Shown here: in pieces, positions 61,307 through 64,000 of the stretch
How the letters are laid out: each line of letters starts with the position of its first letter
Position numbering within the stretch: the first letter of the stretch is position 1
Assembly (NCBI GenBank): GCA_963796455.1
Contig: CAWCLO010000004.1
Coordinates: 448,001 to 512,000 of the forward strand
Source: Candidatus Sulfomarinibacteraceae bacterium
GTDB taxonomy: Bacteria; Acidobacteriota; Thermoanaerobaculia; Thermoanaerobaculales; Sulfomarinibacteraceae
DNA: 64,000 nt
Direction: 5' to 3'
The notes under the pieces: model-generated
Told to the model about the DNA's origin: nothing
Databases searched by the model: none
The model's input: the letters and a program-made list of their open reading frames with translations, nothing else
Translations under genes and position numbers: made by a program

Positions 61307-62262
61307 GTGTAGAGCGAACCAGTGTTGACGACCGGCTGAACGTGGCGATCGCTGCAGAGGACAACCAGGAGGTTCGAGACCATGGCCGCCCTGCGTTCAT
61401 CGTCAAGTTCGATGATGTTTTTCCGCGACAGATCATCGAGCGCCATTTCCACCATTCCGACCGCGCCCTCCACGATTTTGGTGCGCGCGGCGACTACGGC
61501 CTGTGCCTGCTGACGCTGCAGCATGGCGGCGGCGATTTCGGGCGCGTAGGCAAGGTGGCTGATCCGGGACTCGATGACTCGCACACCGGCCTTGTCGAGA
61601 CGGCCCTGAATGTCGGCCTCGAGTTGGTCTCCGATTTCGGCTGTGCTGCCGCGCAGGGAAACTTCGTGGTCCTCGCTGTCATACGGATACCGGCTGGCCA
61701 TGTTGCGCAGCGCCGCCTCGCTCTGCACGGCCACAAAATCTTCGTAATCGTCGACCTCGAAGAGCGCCTCGGCAGTGTTGACAACCTTCCACACGACAAC
61801 TGCAGAAATCTCGACCGGGTTGCCGTCGCGATCGTTCACCTTGGACGGCCGGCCGGCGGTTCGTGACTTCGCCTGGATGATCTTGCCTTCGGCCGACTTC
61901 TGCTCGGGTTTGTGGATCGACCCGGTTTCGAAATTGCGGATGCGGAGCGAGATTTTCTTCTTCGAAAAGAACGGGTTGACCCAGAAGAAGCCCGAATTTA
62001 GAACGGAGCCTTTGTATTTGCCAAAGAGGAGCAGGACCCGTGCCTGGTTTGGCGCAATCGCCATGAAACCGAAAAGGCTGATGATGGCGAAAACAAACGC
62101 CGCGATGCCAAGCGAAAGGAGCAAAACGTTCCGGCCTCCGCCAGCTTCGGAGAACGCGATCACATTCACTAAGAACAGAACCGGGCCTCCGAAGATCATG
62201 GCCAGGGTCACGATGAGTGGGAACCAGCCGCTCATGGGTCGATAGGTCTTTTCTACAGTCAT
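61303..62262 (-). CDS. SPFH/band-7 domain membrane protein
   Basis: 2 TM helices, LFGKY.G, KVND..GNP.EI, QSEAALR, LAYAPEIA.AML.RQQA, SNLLVVLC. Confidence 0.93.
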   Translation of the reverse strand: MTVEKTYRPMSGWFPLIVTLAMIFGGPVLFLVNVIAFSEAGGGRNVLLLSLGIAAFVFAIISLFGFMAIAPNQARVLLLFGKYKGSVLNSGFFWVNPFFSKKKISLRIRNFETGSIHKPEQKSAEGKIIQAKSRTAGRPSKVNDRDGNPVEISAVVVWKVVNTAEALFEVDDYEDFVAVQSEAALRNMASRYPYDSEDHEVSLRGSTAEIGDQLEADIQGRLDKAGVRVIESRISHLAYAPEIAAAMLQRQQAQAVVAARTKIVEGAVGMVEMALDDLSRKNIIELDDERRAAMVSNLLVVLCSDRHVQPVVNTGSLYT

Positions 62263-62279
62263 TTCTTTCTTCCTTTCAT

Positions 62280-62307
62280 ATATCATTATGATATCACTTC
62301 AATATCA
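62280..62307. promoter_or_regulatory. Three ATATCA boxes at 11-bp period, putative Arc-type operator
   Basis: ATATCA at 62280, 62291 and 62302; the middle box lies in the palindrome TGATATCA; just upstream of the SPFH SD. Confidence 0.6.
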
Positions 62308-62407
62308 TATACGCAGTGAGTTCGATTTTTGTTCCAATTCGTTTTTTCGCTGCCGATTCCGGGTTTGTGATCGTTGTGTTAGCCTCCTTTAAAAACCGGA
62401 GGTCAAT

Positions 62408-62761
62408 ATGGAAAAGGCGATGTGTTTCGGTCGTGGAGCCCGAGTGTTGGTGGGATTCGTTTTCGTCCTGGCGGCGGTTTCGTTGGCAGCAGCAGGTGAT
62501 GATCCGGCTGCAGGTCACGAGGTTTTCGGGACCATCGTCGGCAGTGACGGCGGCCCATTGGCCGGGGTGCTCGTCGCCCTTTCCGGCGGTGACGTCAAAC
62601 AAAAGGTGGTATCGGACGCCGAAGGTACCTTCCATTTCGCGGAAGTACCGGCCGGGAGCTACTCCATGGTGTTCAACAAAAAGGGCGCGAAAAAGATCAA
62701 AAAGGAGATCACGGTTTCCTCCGAAGATCTCGATCTGGGCACCATCGCCATGAACGAGTAG
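62408..62761 (+). CDS. Secreted carboxypeptidase-regulatory-like domain protein
   Basis: Signal peptide; G.IV..DG.PL.GV.V, SDAEG.F.F..VPAG.Y. Confidence 0.8.
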   Translation: MEKAMCFGRGARVLVGFVFVLAAVSLAAAGDDPAAGHEVFGTIVGSDGGPLAGVLVALSGGDVKQKVVSDAEGTFHFAEVPAGSYSMVFNKKGAKKIKKEITVSSEDLDLGTIAMNE

Positions 62762-62778
62762 GCAGGGTTACGCCGTCC

Positions 62779-64000
62779 TCAGGATTCCGCATCGTCCGTA
62801 CGGCGTTCGTCGCAGGTCGGTACGATCGGCAGTTTCCTGAGAACCTGCATGAACGGGTCGATCTGGATGTCGTTCTCGCGAAGACCCGGGAGCGTGGCCA
62901 GGTTCCCGGTGAATTCAATGCGAACGATTTCGTCGTTCACGCGAACCGGTATCGGCATCGGAAACTCGAGATCGCCGATATTCTGCCACTCGAGGATGAG
63001 CCCCGCATCGGTTTCGCTGACTCCGAGAACGGGCAGCGGACCTCGTCGCGCGTAGACCTCGAAGAACCAGGCCAGATCCTGACCGGCCTCCTCGCTGGCG
63101 ATGTTCACGAAGTCGTCGGTTGAACGGAGGCGGGCCTGAATGGGTGGCTGCAGCTCCCCGGGATAAACCGTGTCATAGACGAGCCGTCTGGTTGCGCGCC
63201 AGAAGGCGTCCTCTCCAATGAGATATCGCAGCGAATGGAGCAGCCATGTGCCCTTGGTATAAATGTCGCCGGCCGGCCCGTTGCCTTCGGGGTCGTCAAA
63301 ATAGAGCTGGTCGGCGGAGAACTCCTCACGTGGTGCAATTGGGTTGCAGGCGTTGATCCCTAGATAGGACCGGTACATGCTTGAATAGAACGCGGCGTCC
63401 CCCATGACCTCACGGGCGTATTCGGGTTGCATGAAGGCGCCGAATCCCTCGTGCAGCCACATGTCCGAAACGGTCACGTGGGTCATGACGTTGCCGAACC
63501 ACTCGTGCGCCAATTCGTGATGAAATAACCAATCAAAACCGTAAGCGCCGCGTCGGAACTCGTTGCCGTAGGCGTTGATGGTCTGATGCTCCATTCCGAG
63601 ATGCGGGGTCTCGGCGACGCCGAGCTTCTCCTGCCCCCATGGATAGGGACCGACCTTGCGTTCGTAGAACTCGATGGTAGCCGCGAACTCCCGTTCGAAG
63701 AGATCGCGCGCCTGATCCTCGTGGTCCTCGATCGCCCAGAACTGCACCGGTATCTCGGTGCCGTTTGAAGATCGATAGACGTCCTCGATCAGAACGTAGG
63801 GGCCGACGTTGAGCGCCACACCATAGGTATTGGTGGACACGTCGGTCCGCCAGTGGAATGTGTGCCTTCCTTCGCCAGCCTCAGCCACATCGATCAACAC
63901 GCCATTCGAAGCCGCCGTCAAGCCTTTCGGTACTGTGAAGAACAGATCCATGCCTTTCGGTTCACCGCTTGGGTGGTCTTTGCACGGCCACCAGATATCA
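62779..64000 (-). CDS. M1 family aminopeptidase, 5'-partial
   Basis: WPCKDHP, GMEHQT, HELAHEWFG...WLHEG, YTKG. Confidence 0.92.
   Translation of the reverse strand, partial: DIWWPCKDHPSGEPKGMDLFFTVPKGLTAASNGVLIDVAEAGEGRHTFHWRTDVSTNTYGVALNVGPYVLIEDVYRSSNGTEIPVQFWAIEDHEDQARDLFEREFAATIEFYERKVGPYPWGQEKLGVAETPHLGMEHQTINAYGNEFRRGAYGFDWLFHHELAHEWFGNVMTHVTVSDMWLHEGFGAFMQPEYAREVMGDAAFYSSMYRSYLGINACNPIAPREEFSADQLYFDDPEGNGPAGDIYTKGTWLLHSLRYLIGEDAFWRATRRLVYDTVYPGELQPPIQARLRSTDDFVNIASEEAGQDLAWFFEVYARRGPLPVLGVSETDAGLILEWQNIGDLEFPMPIPVRVNDEIVRIEFTGNLATLPGLRENDIQIDPFMQVLRKLPIVPTCDERRTDDAES

Overview
Bacterial chromosomal DNA, about 60% GC by eye and densely coding. The gene content suggests Acidobacteriota, possibly a Thermoanaerobaculia-like sediment lineage (inference from tandem Ser/Thr kinase-PD40 receptors, a protein ending in an FxDxFESG-type motif, and a large multiheme cytochrome). 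I found no rRNA, tRNA, CRISPR array, integrase or transposase. Main observations: (1) a two-gene operon encoding an exported c-type cytochrome with about 30 hemes, built from 70-aa triheme repeats, overlapping an outer-membrane beta-barrel gene, a candidate porin-cytochrome electron-transfer conduit; (2) a selenoprotein split by the ORF track: an exported peroxiredoxin-like protein with a UxxC motif and a SECIS-like hairpin; (3) three tandem receptor kinases with mosaic, near-identical kinase domains and divergent propeller domains; (4) a YtrA-type operon led by a GntR-PP2C fusion, with a visible promoter and operator; (5) a GST-hemerythrin fusion; (6) a PAC-like BLUF protein without a cyclase domain; (7) a non-coding repeat of about 125 bp present twice, 38 kb apart; (8) two small proteins missed by the ORF track. 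Several intact-looking genes carry single-base frameshifts, probably sequencing or assembly indels, and there are a few real gene remnants.
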